64,000 nucleotides of DNA. It comes from Callorhinchus milii. Its lineage: Eukaryota. Below are positions 12,615 to 26,550 of the stretch, piece after piece. The stretch covers positions 17,424,001 to 17,488,000 of the forward strand of contig NW_024704743.1 of the NCBI RefSeq assembly GCF_018977255.1, read 5' to 3'. Position 1 is the stretch's first letter, and each line of letters starts with the position of its first letter. The translations under genes were made by a program, and so were the position numbers. The notes beneath the pieces are model-generated. The model had not been told where the DNA came from and did no database searches. It worked only from the letters and a program-made list of their open reading frames with translations.

Positions 12615-12995
12615 GAGAAGTATGGATGAAGGAGGCCCATAGGCCCACTTGATCTCATCCTTTCAGAATATCTATCCTTCTTCCCATAAAAAGAATCAAA
12701 CTCTTTTTTTCAATAAGCCAAGTGTTCCAGCCTTTACCACCCATCCAAGCTGTTGATTATTCTCTGTGTAAAGAAATATTTCCTATTTTTGGTAGGTCGG
12801 GGTATTAAGGGATACGGGGAGAAAGCGGGAAATTGGATTTGAAATTCTAGTAACGATATAGATCAGCCATATCTAATTAACTGATGGAACAGGCTCGACG
12901 GACTGAATGACCTACTCCTGTTCCGATGTTCCTATGTTCCTGTCCTAAAATTGCCCTTTCACAACTTTGAATGTTCAGCCCTTTGTTCTGTTTGC
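12615..12995. mobile_element. CR1 3' fragment (-) interrupted by a CR1 3' tail (+) at about 12792-12940
   Basis: The insert ends ggctcgacggactgaatgacctactcctgttccgatgttcctatgttcc (CR1/HER1-type tail). The host reads aaagaaatatttcct..|..tgtcctaaaattgccc across it. Confidence 0.7.
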
Positions 12996-13941
12996 TTGAT
13001 GTACCTAAACATTTCAACTTTTCCTTCTTTCCTGCAAATGGCACTCATTAACCCGCTCCATCTCATCTCATCTCTGAGTCAGAAGATTGTGGGTTCAAGC
13101 TATATGTTCTTATGTTATTAATACCAGGGATGCATTTGACTGCATTTCTTGCTAAGTATGCTAATACCATTTGTTCATAGATAGTTTAGTAACTAAAAAC
13201 TCGAATAGTGTAGAGGAGGGGAAAGTACTTGGTTTCCTATTTCATATCACTATCCACAAAGCCTTTCAGAAGCCAAAATACAATACAAATTTACATTTAT
13301 TTAGTGCCTTTCACATCGGGAAGGTGTCCAAGGCCCTTTAACAAATCTTGGTACTAGAGTTGGGTGTGGATGGGAGCCTAGGGGGGTGGGGAGGGGAAAA
13401 TGATTGAAAGGAAGAGAAAACAAAAGTCTTGAGATGGACCTTGCACAAGGTGAGGGAGGAATGTTCTTGCTTTTAGCCTTAAAATTCTCTTAAAATTTGA
13501 TTGTGAAGGTTTTTAGAAAATTCTTCAATTCTGCTTTAAGTTGGAAGCTGTTTTATCAGTTATTCTGTAATAATAATATAATAATAATATTATAGTTATT
13601 CTGTATTCTAGAGGATATAGAAAAAATACTTTCAAATTAAGATTTTATTAAAACTACATTATCTGACATTTTAAGATGATGGGTTTAAGAGTACGAGCAA
13701 GACATCTTCTGGGTTTGTGGAAGATGCTGGTGAACAGATGATGGTGGGTACACAACTGGGCTCAGCTGTGATGGCCTCTTGGGTCAAAGAGACTCACTGT
13801 CAAGGAACATAAATGAAATAATGGATACTTAAGTGAAGTAACAGAGAGCGAACAATGTCTGTAGAACATTGTTCCAGTACAAGCAAAAGGGAATCAAACC
13901 ACAATGAGAGAGGATGAGAGAGTAAAGGGAAATTGGCAGAG

Positions 13942-13943
<2 letters not shown>

Positions 13944-13972
<29 letters not shown>

Positions 13973-13980
13973 AACACACA
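13944..13980. repeat. (CA)n microsatellite
   Basis: Directly visible acacacacac run with a degenerate end. Confidence 0.95.
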
Positions 13981-14277
13981 AAACGCTAGGCTCACTCAGG
14001 TGTATCTGCATAGCCCTTGACCCCTCTGCTGCACCATCAATGGCTGTGCTTTCAGCTATGATGTCCCTACCATCTGGATCTCCCTTCACCTTGCCCCCTC
14101 TTTCCCCACGGATCTACAATGTTATGATTTGCAGATTGTCATTTCTGTTTCTTTATTCTAGGCACTAATCGTTTAGATCCAGAAGAGGTGTTATAGACCC
14201 TTTCTTGATCATTTCTTGATTTTAATGAGAACAATAAAGTTTGGCAGAACATTGCTGATGAGCACTACTTTATCATA

Positions 14278-14628
14278 GAGTCCTGTAGCTCAGCGAGAGA
14301 GAGTCATGGGTTTGATTCCTGGCAGAGCGAAATGTTGGGCAAGTTTCCTTACTCCACACCCCTCTTTTTATCTAGCAGTAAGTAGGATGCCAGTTGTTAG
14401 TCGATTGGGGGATTGCTTTTCCGGGGAGTAATAACTCCTTCAAAAAAATAATAAATTGGTCACTTAATCCACGACTGTTTGTCGGACTCTGCTGTGCGCA
14501 ATTGATTGCCGCATTTCGTCCACAAAATATACAATCAATTCACTGTAAGGTATATTCTGTGAAGTTCTTTGAGCCATATCGAAGACTTGATAAGGCGCTA
14601 TACCAAACGCAAGGATTATTATTATTAT
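14278..14628 (+). mobile_element. tRNA-derived SINE, full length with a small head deletion
   Basis: gagtcctgtagctcag..gggtttgattcc..aaacgcaagg(att)n. Confidence 0.92.
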
Positions 14629-14714
14629 GCAGCGAGCTGCTCCTATGCACTCGCGTTAGAGGTGTTGAGAGAGACATTAAAAGGGAAATGGTACTGTAGC
14701 AAAACTGTCCCATA

Positions 14715-16560
14715 ACAACAACAACAACAACAACAAATTACATTTGTACAGCACCCTTCATGTCGGAAAGACATCCCACGGCACTGGACAATCAGAAATC
14801 TTGGACCAGAGGAGGTAGTTGGAGTCAGAAGGGGAAGAGCGCAGGAGTGGTGGGGGTGGGAGGGTGGCCGAAAGCACGGTCAAAGAGGAAGGTCTTCAGA
14901 TGGGACTTGAAGGAGGCAAAAGAGAAGGAGAGGTGGAGGGATTGCAAGGTAATGTTCCAGAGATGTTGAATGCCCGACCACCAATGGAGGGGCAGAAAGT
15001 GCGGGGAACCTGAAGCAGGCCGGAGGGATCGGACAGGCTGATATAGGGTTATGAGGTCGGAGGGGTATGGGGGAGCAAGACCATGGACAGCCTTGAAGGT
15101 AAGAAAGAGGGTTTTGTTTTCAATTCTCTGAGGAATGGAAGCCAGTGAAGCCGCGCAAGAATGGGGGTAATAGGTTCCTAGAGCCTGGTGTGGGAGGGGA
15201 TACGAGCTGCAGAGCTCTGAATAATCTGCAGCTTGTGGAGGGAAGAGTTGGGAAGTCCAGTGAGCAGGTAGTTGGCGTAGTCAAGCCGGAACGTGATGAA
15301 AGTGTGTATCAGGGTCTTGGCAGCCTGCGGTTAGAGGCAGTGGCGGAGGCGGGCAATGTTGTGGAGGTGTGGAAAGGCAGAATGGGTCACGGCACAAATG
15401 TGGGGTTTGAAACATTGCCTGAGGGTCAAAAAAGACACCAAGCTTTTGGATTGGCTCAGTGAGGTGAAGAGTGCAACCATGAATGGTGATTGTGTCAGCG
15501 GCTGAGGTGAGGAGGCACTGCTGGGATCCAAGTAGGAGGGCCTCTCTTTTGCCAACATTGAACTGGAGGAAGTTGCCTCTCATCCAGGACTTGATGTCAG
15601 ACAATTAGCCAGGACATCAACGGTCTTGGAGTCGAGGATGGAGGCGGTGAGATAGAATTGGGTGTCATCCACATACATGTGGAAATTGATCCACTGCCTG
15701 CCGATGACATTGTCCAGTCAGAGCATGTATAGATTGAAGAGGAGGGGACTGAGGACAGAACCCTGAAGGATGCCACACATGACAGTGCGGGGGCTAGTGG
15801 AGAAGTCGTTGGTGGCCACAAAGTGTAATGGTGGGAAAGGTAGGATTGGAACCAGGCAAGACAGAACCATTGAGGTAGAGATAAGAGTAGAGGTGGTGGA
15901 GAAGAATAGAGTGGCCAACAGTAGTGAAAGTGGCCAAGAGGTGGAGAAGATCAAGGAGACAGAGAGAGCCCTGATCGCTTTGACCAGGGCTATCTCTGTG
16001 CTGTGAGCAGCACAAAACCTAGATTGGAGGGGTTCATGAAGGGAATGCTGGGAGAGGAAAGAGCGACTCATTCCATGACCTTTGATAGAAAAGGAAGGTT
16101 TGAAATGGGGCGGTAGTTGGAGAGCAGAGATGGGTCAAAGCAAGGTTTTTCTGAGGGTAGGGGTGATGATGGCTGTCTTTAGGGGGATGGGTACAGTGTG
16201 TGTGGACAGGAAGAGATTAACAATGGCTTTCAGTAGGAGGGTAAGGAGGTGGAGCTGGAAGGTGAGGAGAGGGATAGGGATGGGGTCAATGGAGCAGGTG
16301 GTGGGTTTCATTTGGGAAATGATGGAGGTGAGTGAAAATGGGGAGACAAGGTCAAAAGTGTGGAGGGAGGGATGGTAAGGGGTTGGAAGGGGAGCAAGAA
16401 GTGGGGACGGGGTGCCGGTAAAGGGGCTAGAGGCGGCAGAGCGGATCCCCTCAACTTTGGACTGTAGGAAATCCATCATCTCCTCGCGTTTGGTGTTGGT
16501 CGAGAGGATGGCAGAGGCATGGTGGGTGGGGGAGTTGGTTTATGGTAGAAAAGAGGAGTC
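14715..16560 (-). mobile_element. L2 LINE, 5'-truncated (about 1.85 kb), decayed RT
   Basis: [51 protein letters not shown] and SDIKSWMRGNFLQFN; (aac)n tail at 14715-14735. Confidence 0.95.
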
Positions 16561-16799
16561 TAGGGTTGTCTTTAGCTTGCAAGATGATTTTTAAATTAAA
16601 AAGATAACAGTTTTATGTTGTAGTGGACATAAATCCGATAATAAACCTGTGAAGTTATTGTTTAGCTATTGATCACAGTCTTGAAAGGTGAAATAAAGAT
16701 TGAAAAGTAATACAAATCTAACAAAAGGATTTTCTTCTTCTAGCAAATCTTTGTTCGCCTCTTCTCAAAAGGCATTGCTGCACATTATCTTCAATTCAC

Positions 16800-17830
16800 G
16801 TTTCCCCCTGAAACCTAGGGCCATCGCCCAGCCCACCAACTTCCCTGGTACAACAGCCACCTCTGCTCCCTTAAATCCTAATCCCATGCACTCGGTGGAA
16901 CAAAACAGGGCTCACCGTTCACCTCCACATCTGTCTCGAACACCTTCAGACATACCACCTCTCCCTCACTAAAGCCCAAACCGCATTATTCCAAGGACAT
17001 CCTTGAAGCCAAAAGCAACCTCAAGCTCCCGCTATCCATCCCTTCCTCCAGATCTCCCCAAGCACCTTCCATCCTCACCTCAGATTCCAAATGCAAAGAG
17101 GTAAATTACTTTGTCATATCAAAAAAGGAAAACATCCACTTGGCTACATCCTCTTCCTCCCCCTGTCCCCACCCCTGGTTCTGCTACTTGACCCACCATT
17201 ATCATTTCATTTCCTCCAACGGTTCACTCCCAAATGCAGCCGAAACCCTCATGCATGTGTTTGTCATCTCCCGTTTGGATTACGCCAACGTACTCCTCGC
17301 TGGTCTCCCCAGCTCCACCATTGACAAGATCCAGCTCATTCAATACTCTGCCGCCTCATACTGACCCAGACCAAACTCCGTACCCACATCTCACCGGTTC
17401 TGGCCCAGGCTCCACTGGCTTCCCATCACCAAACGGATCTACTTCAAGATCCTCACTCTCATGTTCAAATACATTCACTCCCTTGCACCTCCCTACCTCT
17501 CCGACCTCCTCACTCCCCAATCTAATACCCGGTGCTTCCGCTCAATCGGCACCAGCCTCCTGCTCATCCCTCGCACCCTCCACTCCACCATCGGAGGTCA
17601 TGCTTTCAGCCACTACGCCCTAAAACTCTGGAACACTCTCCCTCAATCTCTCCACCTTGCCCCCTCTCTCCCCTCTTTCAAATCCTGCCTGAAACTTTCC
17701 GCTTCAACTGTGCTTACGTCCACCTCACCCCTTCCCCAGCTCGGAGTCAGGCTCCTCCTCTATTAAGCGCGCTGAGATGCTACCCTGCATGGAAGGCACT
17801 ATATAAGTGCAAGTTGTTGTTGTTGTTGTT
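16800..17830 (+). mobile_element. L2 LINE, internally deleted
   Basis: AETLMHVFVISRLDYANVLLAGLP and HSLAPPYLSDLL..IGGHAFSHYALKLWNTLP; (ttg)n tail. Confidence 0.88.
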
Positions 17831-18224
17831 CTCCCTCCACCCCCCAGTCACTTGTGGTGTGTCCCAGGGCTCTGTCCTCAGCCAACGTCCACATGTGTCT
17901 CTCAAATAGCGAGGAAATGAATTGTCAGGACACTGGGAGAAACTCCCATCTCGTTTCTAATATTGTTATGGCATCTTTAATATCCACCTGACCAGGCAGA
18001 TGGGACCTCGGTCGAATGTCTCATACAACACACCCAGTGCTGCATTGGAGATCTTTGGAAGAGAGCTGGATAGGTTATGTACCAGGGTTGATCACTGACA
18101 AATGCAATTCAATACAGAGAAAGCAAGGTACCACACATAAGAAGTAACAGTAGGAGGCACATGTGGGATGGGATAGAACGTAACAAAGTGGAATGCTGAA
18201 AGAGACCAAAGCTCTGGTTAGGCT

Positions 18225-19300
18225 GCAATACAATACAATTTACATTTATACTGTGCCTTTCATGTCAGGAGGACTTCTCAAAGTCCTTCAAACTGCTGAC
18301 TGAGCACCTGAACTGGGGTGTGGGAGTGGAAGAGGACGAGGAGGGGAAAGATGACTGTAAGCGGGGTCAAAGAAGCATGTCTTGAGGCGGGCTTTGAATG
18401 TGGGGAGGGAAGCAGTGAGTCAGAGGGGCTCTGGGTTGGAGTTCCAAAGAGTGGGGACATCATGGCTGAAATCACACCTGAAGATGGTGGCCCAGATTGA
18501 GGGGGTGGACATGAAGCAGGCTACTGTTTGCTGGGTGACAGGAGAGGAGAGGCCAGGTTGGTAAGGTTTTAAGATGGTCGCAGAGGTTGCCCACAAAATA
18601 TACAGCCACTTTACAGTATATTTGAGATATCTCGAAGACGTGATAAGGCGCTATATCAAATGCAAGGATTATTATTATTATAGGGTGGAATGAGCTCATG
18701 GAGGAATTTAAAGATGAGAACAAGGATCTTGAATTTGATAAGCTGGGGGGTTTAGAGTCAGTGGAGCCAAGTGAGGATGGGGGTGATAGGTTTGCAGAGC
18801 CTGCTGCGGGAAAGATCATGAGCTGCAGCATTCTGGATAGTCTGCTGCCTGTGTAGGGAAGAGCTGGGGAGCCTGTGTTCTGAGCATTGGGATTGTCAAG
18901 CCTGGAGGAGATGAAGGCATGAACGAGGGTCTTGGCATCCTGGGTGGAGGCATCGTGGCAGAGGTGAGGAAGAACTGAGTGAGGAAGAGCCCGGATTTGG
19001 GTTTGAAAGATAGTTGGGGGTCAAGCAAGACACTGAGGTTCCGTACTGGTTCCATGAGATGGATTGAGCAGCCAGGTAGGTTGATACTGTCATCTCCTGA
19101 GATGAGAAGGTGCTGATGGGGACCAAGCATGAGAGCTTCAGTGGTCCGAGAGTCGAGGGTGGAAGCTGAGATATACAGGCGGGTGTCATCCGCTTACATG
19201 TGGAAATGTCTGCGGATTATGTCACCCAGTGGAAGTGTAGTAAGTGGTTACGAGGAGAGGATAGAACCTGGAGGATTGCCTCATGTGACTATGCAGAGGC
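18225..19300 (-). mobile_element. L2 LINE interrupted by a SINE tail (+) at about 18588-18681
   Basis: EPVRNLSVLLDPQLSFKP and a YADD-region remnant (gtgtcatccgcttacatgtggaa). The inserted tail is ccacaaaatatacag..tcaaatgcaagg(att)n. Confidence 0.85.
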
Positions 19301-21252
19301 AGGAAGAGAAGAGTACGGCGTATGGCTTGGGTTAATATCAAAGGGGCCTTCTTCAGTCGAACATGTGTGGTGGTCTTTTTACAAAGGATTCCGCAGTGTT
19401 ACTCTTTCAGGTGGCAGTTTGATGTTGTAATTCTTCCCTTTGCCCACAGGAGGACGATAACTCAGAACAATTTAACAGTGGAACATTAAATGTGAAAGTT
19501 TAAAATTGAAACCCATCATTACCTTGGTCTTGTGATTTTTCCTCGGTGCGTGCAAGCAAAACATTTGAGTTTAATTTGATTGAAACGTGACATATTGTAT
19601 GATTTTGAACAATTCCACGCATACTTGTTAAAACCATTGCAATGTTCTTCAAGTGGATATCGGAAAACAGCTTTAGTTAATCAAAGCTGTTCGGCTTCAT
19701 CTGTTCAGCGAATCTATTGATCTGCACACTTAAATGCCGTTCGCCTACAAAAATATACAGTCACTAACTTTATAATATATCCTGTAAAATGCTTTGAAAT
19801 GTCCTCTCGACATGAAAAGGTGCTCTATTAAATTTTATGTTTCTTTGTTATTATAGATTCGCTACACTGAACGAATAGAGTAGAATAATCCGCAAAGAAT
19901 ATAACTGTCGAAAAAGGTTGCGACTGTTTTAGCTGTAACAACAAAGGTAAAGAAGTGAATATAGTAGAGTAGAATATAGTAGACTCTAATATAGTAGAGT
20001 CCCTATATTGGTCAGTTCCATTTAATTCACCCCAGTCTTATAATGGGGCTGCAATAGCCCAAACTCTGAGATCTCCTAGCCTTGGCTCTTGCCAAACTGT
20101 ACCTAATACCCTCCAGAGACAGTATTCCATTCCAAACACAGGAATATTTCCATGAATAAGTAGTGGCATACGTGGCACTTTCAGTCTGGTTTGGATAATC
20201 ATAAGCATGGGTTTCGCTTGTGTTAGGCACCTGACTGATCAAAAAAAATAAATCCTGGTCATTAAGAAAAGGATCCTTCAATATGCATTGCATTGGTTTG
20301 CTCTTGTGTCTGTTCCTGTCATAATTCCTGACAATGTCATAGAAGCTGCTGTAAACTCTCAAATTACCCATAATAATAATCCTTGCATTTGATATAGCCA
20401 TCACCTAGAACCACACTCCCTCAGGAGCAATCCTTTCAGACCCATTTCTCTGCCCTTTTCCGATACCCCTGTATTTGACTCTTTTTTCCAGATATTTATC
20501 TGATTCCCTTTTGAAAACTAATTTCTGTGACAACCACCGCTCCCGACAGGGCATTCCATATCCTAACCACTTTGTGTGTCAAAACATTTCTCCTAACCTC
20601 CCCATTAGCTCAGTTGACTAACTATCTTAAATTGATGTTTCCTAGTTACTAACTCACCGACCAATGGAAATAATTTCTCCTAATTGACTCTATCAAAATC
20701 ACTCATTATTTTAAAGACCTTGATCAGGTTATCCCTCAACCTGGTGTGGCTGCTTCACTGATGAGCTTTTCGTCTATGTTATAAGTCTCTGCAACTTTTC
20801 TCTCTCTCTCTCTCGTCTCCGTAATTATTTATTGTCATTTCAGGTTGGGCATTTCAAATGCCTTTGACAGGGCCTGGCAATGTGCAGTTCTAACAAGATT
20901 ACCATGTTACAGTGTGTGTGCTGTGGCTGATGGGTCATCCTGTAGACTCTTTACCCACCATCTGTAATGTAATATGCACAAACATGGAAACAGCTCTAGG
21001 GCTCCTTTCAGCTCTTGACATCCCCTGTAAATTATTGTTCAGACATATTACAGAACATGTTCTATCACAGGCTCAGCAGGAGTAAAAATGTTTGCATGAT
21101 AATATTCTCATGTAGGATTTCAACTGTGGCCGAATAAAAACCACGAGTATTGGCAATCAGAAATAAATATGAAAACACAAAGGAATGATAGATTGGTCAG
21201 AATGTTCTAGAGCAAATGTTAACCTGTTTTCTCTTTCAGATGCTGTTCAGAC
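18613..21252 (+). repeat. Segment A copy 1 (2640 bp), near-identical to 22037-24676
   Basis: Constant 3424-bp offset and identical ORFs in the track (19129/22553, 20027/23451). I saw 7 substitutions by eye. Confidence 0.97.
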
Positions 21253-21712
21253 TCACCCCTCCTTAGCCTCCTTCAAGTCCCATCTGAAGACCTCCTCTTG
21301 ACCTGCTCGCACCCTCCCCCCCCCCTCCTTCTCCCCCTCTGAACCCACTCTGGGTCTGAAGATCTGATTGTCCAGCCCTTGGACGTTCTCCCGACGTGAA
21401 AGATGCTATACAAATGTAATCTTGTTGTTGTTGTTGATGCTGTGGTGAAGATCAGAGATGAGATGACATGGCTTCTTGCAGCTGCTGCTCACTGTTCCAA
21501 CATCTGGCACAATACACTTTATTTACTTATTTTTTGAACAGCTGTCCTGCTTTTATGGGAATTGTGAATGGAATGCAATAAACTGCTGCTTCAGTTGTGT
21601 ACAATTTGTTGGAAACCTTTGGAAAAATGTCCTGATCTTATCTCCAATGCCCCTATCATAGTGCAGCCGAAATTCTCATTTGTGAGACTTTCTTCACCTC
21701 CAGTCAATTTGT

Positions 21713-22010
21713 CTGAAGTACTTCTTGTCAGTCTCTTTAGCTCAACCCTTTGTACATCAACATCAACAAATTACATCTGTACAACTCCTTTCACGTCTGG
21801 AGGAAGTCCCAAGGAGTTGAAACTCTATAGCCTGTTTTCTCTCCTGCACACCCATTGCCTCCCATTCTCGCTGTGTTTCACTGGATACAATATAATGTTA
21901 ACATTAGAGCTGAATTGATTAGAAGTCTTCACACAAAAGGTCATTCAAATTTGAAATTGAGAGGCCCAGAAGTTATGCAGAACAGATTTTGATGTTTAAG
22001 AGGGAGCTAG
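21713..22010 (+). repeat. Segment B copy 1 (298 bp), identical to 28143-28440
   Basis: ctgaagtacttcttgtcag..gagggagctag is repeated at offset 6430. Copy 1 ends at the gap. Confidence 0.97.
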
Positions 22011-22035
22011 NNNNNNNNNNNNNNNNNNNNNNNNN
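22011..22035. other. Assembly gap (25 N)
   Basis: Run of n. Confidence 1.
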
Positions 22036-22036
22036 A

Positions 22037-24676
22037 ACAGTATATTTGAGATATCTCGAAGACGTGATAAGGCGCTATATCAAATGCAAGGATTATTATT
22101 ATTATAGGGTGGAATGAGCTCATGGAGGAATTTAAAGATGAGAACAAGGATCTTGAATTTGATAAGCTGGGGGGTTTAGAGTCAGTGGAGCCAAGTGAGG
22201 ATGGGGGTGATAGGTTTGCAGAGCCTGCTGCGGGAAAGATCATGAGCTGCAGCATTCTGGATAGTCTGCTGCCTGTGTAGGGAAGAGCTGGGGAGCCTGT
22301 GTTCTGAGCATTGGGATTGTCAAGCCTGGAGGAGATGAAGGCATGAACGAGGGTCTTGGCATCCTGGGTGGAGGCATCGTGGCAGAGGTGAGGAAGAACT
22401 GAGTGAGGAAGAGCCCGGATTTGGGTTTGAAAGATAGTTGGGGGTCAAGCAAGACACTGAGGTTCCGTACTGGTTCCATGAGATGGATTGAGCAGCCAGG
22501 TAGGTTGATACTGTCATCTCCTGAGATGAGAAGGTGCTGATGGGGACCAAGCATGAGAGCTTCAGTGGTCCGAGAGTCGAGGGTGGAAGCTGAGATATAC
22601 AGGCGGGTGTCATCCGCTTACATGTGGAAATGTCTGCGGATTATGTCACCCAGTGGAAGTGTAGTAAGTGGTTACGAGGAGAGGATAGAACCTGGAGGAT
22701 TGCCTCATGTGACTATGCAGAGGCAGGAAGAGAAGAGTACGGCGTATGGCTTGGGTTAATATCAAAGGGGCCTTCTTCAGTCGAACATGTGTGGTGGTCT
22801 TTTTACAAAGGATTCCGCAGTGTTACTCTTTCAGGTGGCAGTTTGATGTTGTAATTCTTCCCTTTGCCCACAGGAGGACGATAACTCAGAACAATTTAAC
22901 AGTGGAACATTAAATGTGAAAGTTTAAAATTGAAACCCATCATTACCTTGGTCTTGTGATTTTTCCTCGGTGCGTGCAAGCAAAACATTTGAGTTTAATT
23001 TGATTGAAACGTGACATATTGTATGATTTTGAACAATTCCACGCATACTTGTTAAAACCATTGCAATGTTCTTCAAGTGGATATCGGAAAACAGCTTTAG
23101 TTAATCAAAGCTGTTCGGCTTCATCTGTTCAGCGAATCTATTGATCTGCACACTTAAATGCCGTTCGCCTACAAAAATATACAGTCACTAACTTTATAAT
23201 ATATCCTGTAAAATGCTTTGAAATGTCCTCTCGACATGAAAAGGTGCTCTATTAAATTTTATGTTTCTTTGTTATTATAGATTCGCTACACTGAACGAAT
23301 AGAGTAGAATAATCCGCAAAGAATATAACTGTCGAAAAAGGTTGCGACTGTTTTAGCTGTAACAACAAAGGTAAAGAAGTGAATATAGTAGAGTAGAATA
23401 TAGTAGACTCTAATATAGTAGAGTCCCTATATTGGTCAGTTCCATTTAATTCACCCCAGTCTTATAATGGGGCTGCAATAGCCCAAACTCTGAGATCTCC
23501 TAGCCTTGGCTCTTGCCAAACTGTACCTAATACCCTCCAGAGACAGTATTCCATTCCAAACACAGGAATATTTCCATGAATAAGTAGTGGCATACGTGGC
23601 ACTTTCAGTCTGGTTTGGATAATCATAAGCATGGGTTTCGCTTGTGTTAGGCACCTGACTGATCAAAAAAAATAAATCCTGGTCATTAAGAAAAGGATCC
23701 TTCAATATGCATTGCATTGGTTTGCTCTTGTGTCTGTTCCTGTCATAATTCCTGACAATGTCATAGAAGCTGCTGTAAACTCTCAAATTACCCATAATAA
23801 TAATCCTTGCATTTGATATAGCCATCACCTAGAACCACACTCCCTCAGGAGCAATCCTTTCAGACCCATTTCTCTGCCCTTTTCCGATACCCCTGTATTT
23901 GACTCTTTTTTCCAGATATTTATCTGATTCCCTTTTGAAAACTAATTTCTGTGACAACCACCGCTCCCGACAGGGCATTCCATATCCTAACCACTTTGTG
24001 TGTCAAAACATTTCTCCTAACCTCCCCATTAGCTCAGTTGACTAACTATCTTAAATTGATGTTTCCTAGTTACTAACTCACCGACCAATGGAAATAATTT
24101 CTCCTAATTGACACTATCAAAATCACTCATTATTTTAAAGACCTTGATCAGGTTATCACTCAACCTGGTGTGGCTGCTTCACTGGTGAGCTTTTCGTCTA
24201 TGTTACAAATCTCTGGAACTTTTCTCTCTCTCTCTCTCGTCTCCGTAATTATTTATTGTCATTTCAGGTTGGGCATTTCAAATGCCTTTGACAGGGCCTG
24301 GTAATGTGCAGTTCTAACAAGATTACCATGTTACAGTGTGTGTGCTGTGGCTGATGGGTCATCCTGTAGACTCTTTACCCACCATCTGTAATGTAATATG
24401 CACAAACATGGAAACAGCTCTAGGGCTCCTTTCAGCTCTTGACATCCCCTGTAAATTATTGTTCAGACATATTACAGAACATGTTCTATCACAGGCTCAG
24501 CAGGAGTAAAAATGTTTGCATGATAATATTCTCATGTAGGATTTCAACTGTGGCCGAATAAAAACCACGAGTATTGGCAATCAGAAATAAATATGAAAAC
24601 ACAAAGGAATGATAGATTGGTCAGAATGTTCTAGAGCAAATGTTAACCTGTTTTCTCTTTCAGATGCTGTTCAGAC
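22037..24676 (+). repeat. Segment A copy 2 (probable alternate haplotype)
   Basis: Starts immediately after the gap and matches 18613-21252. Confidence 0.97.
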
Positions 24677-25289
24677 CTGATGGGCATTCTTAACAGTTTC
24701 TGTTTTTATTTCAGCGTTTTCAAACTGATATTGAGACCATGCCATAATATTTTAAAAGAGTTTGGATAAATAGTTGAAGAAAAATAATATTAAATGTTGA
24801 GGGGAATCAGCAAGGGAATGGGATTACAGTAGCCCTGCTTTTGAAATGCCCACCTGAAGTGACGTGATGGGTCAATTTACCTCCTATGATCCATTGATTT
24901 CCACCGTGCTATCCAGAAATACCTTTCATATTGTTGCATTCACCTCATTCAGCCCTTATTAATTTATTAATTCAAAACAGTATGCATTTCATGTTAGCCT
25001 TTAAACTTCACCAGTTGGCAAATTAGCAGAGAGAGCGAGAGAGCTGTATGTAATTAAACTAACATTGCACGTATAGGATTCAGTGTTATGAATAGCTCCA
25101 TGTAGTCACAAACACGTCACCTAAATGTGCTATTAAAATAACACACTCTTGAACCTTGTTATTCAAGGTGATATTATTATAACCAATTATATTAGACCAG
25201 ATCTACCCAGGTGTGATGCTGTAATGGGAAGATGATAGGGTGAGAATTCTGAAGAATAAGATCAAATGCCTCTCTGTACCTCTCTTGTG

Positions 25290-25865
25290 ATATTTCCTGG
25301 GCAGGGTGAAACCTTAGCCAAGTTTCCTTACTCCACATGCCTCTGTTTACCAAGCAGTAAGTAGGAATCCGGTTGTTAGTCGATTGGCGGATCGCTTTCT
25401 GGGGGTAATGGCCCACGATTGAAGGGCAGTAAATTCAGAACAAATCTCACTACTTCAGTGAGCGAGTAATAAACTTATGGAACAGGCTTCCTAAGGAGAC
25501 AGTGGAAACAGAAAATGTCATTTGTTCAAGAACAAATGAGATAGATTTCTGCTAGAAAATAATATCTCAGGGTACAGTATATAGTTTGGGACACAACATA
25601 TCAAGCGGCTGCCAGGATGGTGGAAGGCAAACTAGATGGAACTTGGTCTTCTTTTGCTTAACAAATTCTTCTGTTCTTATGTTCTTCATAGCCCTTCAAA
25701 AAAATCTGTTTGTGAGCACTGCTCTGCACAATTGACTGTCACATTTCGCGCACAAAATACAGTCAATCTACTTTACAATATATTCTGTGAAGCGCTTTGA
25801 GATGTCACAACAACCCAATAAGGTGCTATATCAAATGCAAGGATTACTATTATTATCATTATTAA
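25290..25865 (+). mobile_element. tRNA-derived SINE split by a CR1 3' fragment (25415-25687)
   Basis: The SINE body stops at ggggtaatggccc and resumes at atagcccttcaaaa. The TSD is atggccc/atagccc. The insert ends aaattcttctgttcttatgttctt. Confidence 0.8.
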
Positions 25866-26550
25866 AAAGCCTTCCAAAATCACCACTTTTATCTTGCTGA
25901 GCTACATCAGAGAGCTGCATAGCACAAGAAATGGTCCACAGCTGTTCGTCAACAACCCTGTATTTTCCTTCCAATACAATACAATTAATATTTATATAGC
26001 ACCTTTCACGTCGGGAGGATGTCTCCAACTGCTTGACAATGCTGCCTGGGCACCCGAGCTGGGACTGGGAACCCAGGGGTGTGAAGAGGGGAAAGATGAC
26101 TGAAAACGCAGTCAAAGAGGTAAGTTTAATGGTTGTGTGGATAGGGCGTGGGACATGAAACAGGCCATTGTTGGCTGAGCGAAGGCTGTGTTAGTGTTAT
26201 TGAAGGAGGTTATAGAGATAGACTAGGGCAAGACAGTGGGGAGCTTCAGATAAACTTCAAACAAAACAACACATATCACTTCAATAACAACAGCAACTTG
26301 CATTCGTATAGCACCTTCTCACAGTGCAGCGTACTTGGAGTGCTCAATATCTAATTTCCTGTTGTACTTTGAATTTACATTCTATTCTGTTTTTTTTCAG
26401 TTCTCATTGATATCAGTGCTTGGAAATATGACACTTTTCCAAGATTTTCAATCAGTGTCTAGACACATGATATCATTGCATCAATAGTGATAGCTGTAAT
26501 GCTTTGTAATGCCTTAGCGCTCTTGCCTTTTTAATTGCAAAGATTAATAC

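Noticed and set aside
20027..20404. 125-aa ORF present twice (also 23451..23828)
   Set aside because: It is duplicated only because segment A is duplicated. It starts in a SINE tail, crosses an old repeat and resembles no protein I recognise.
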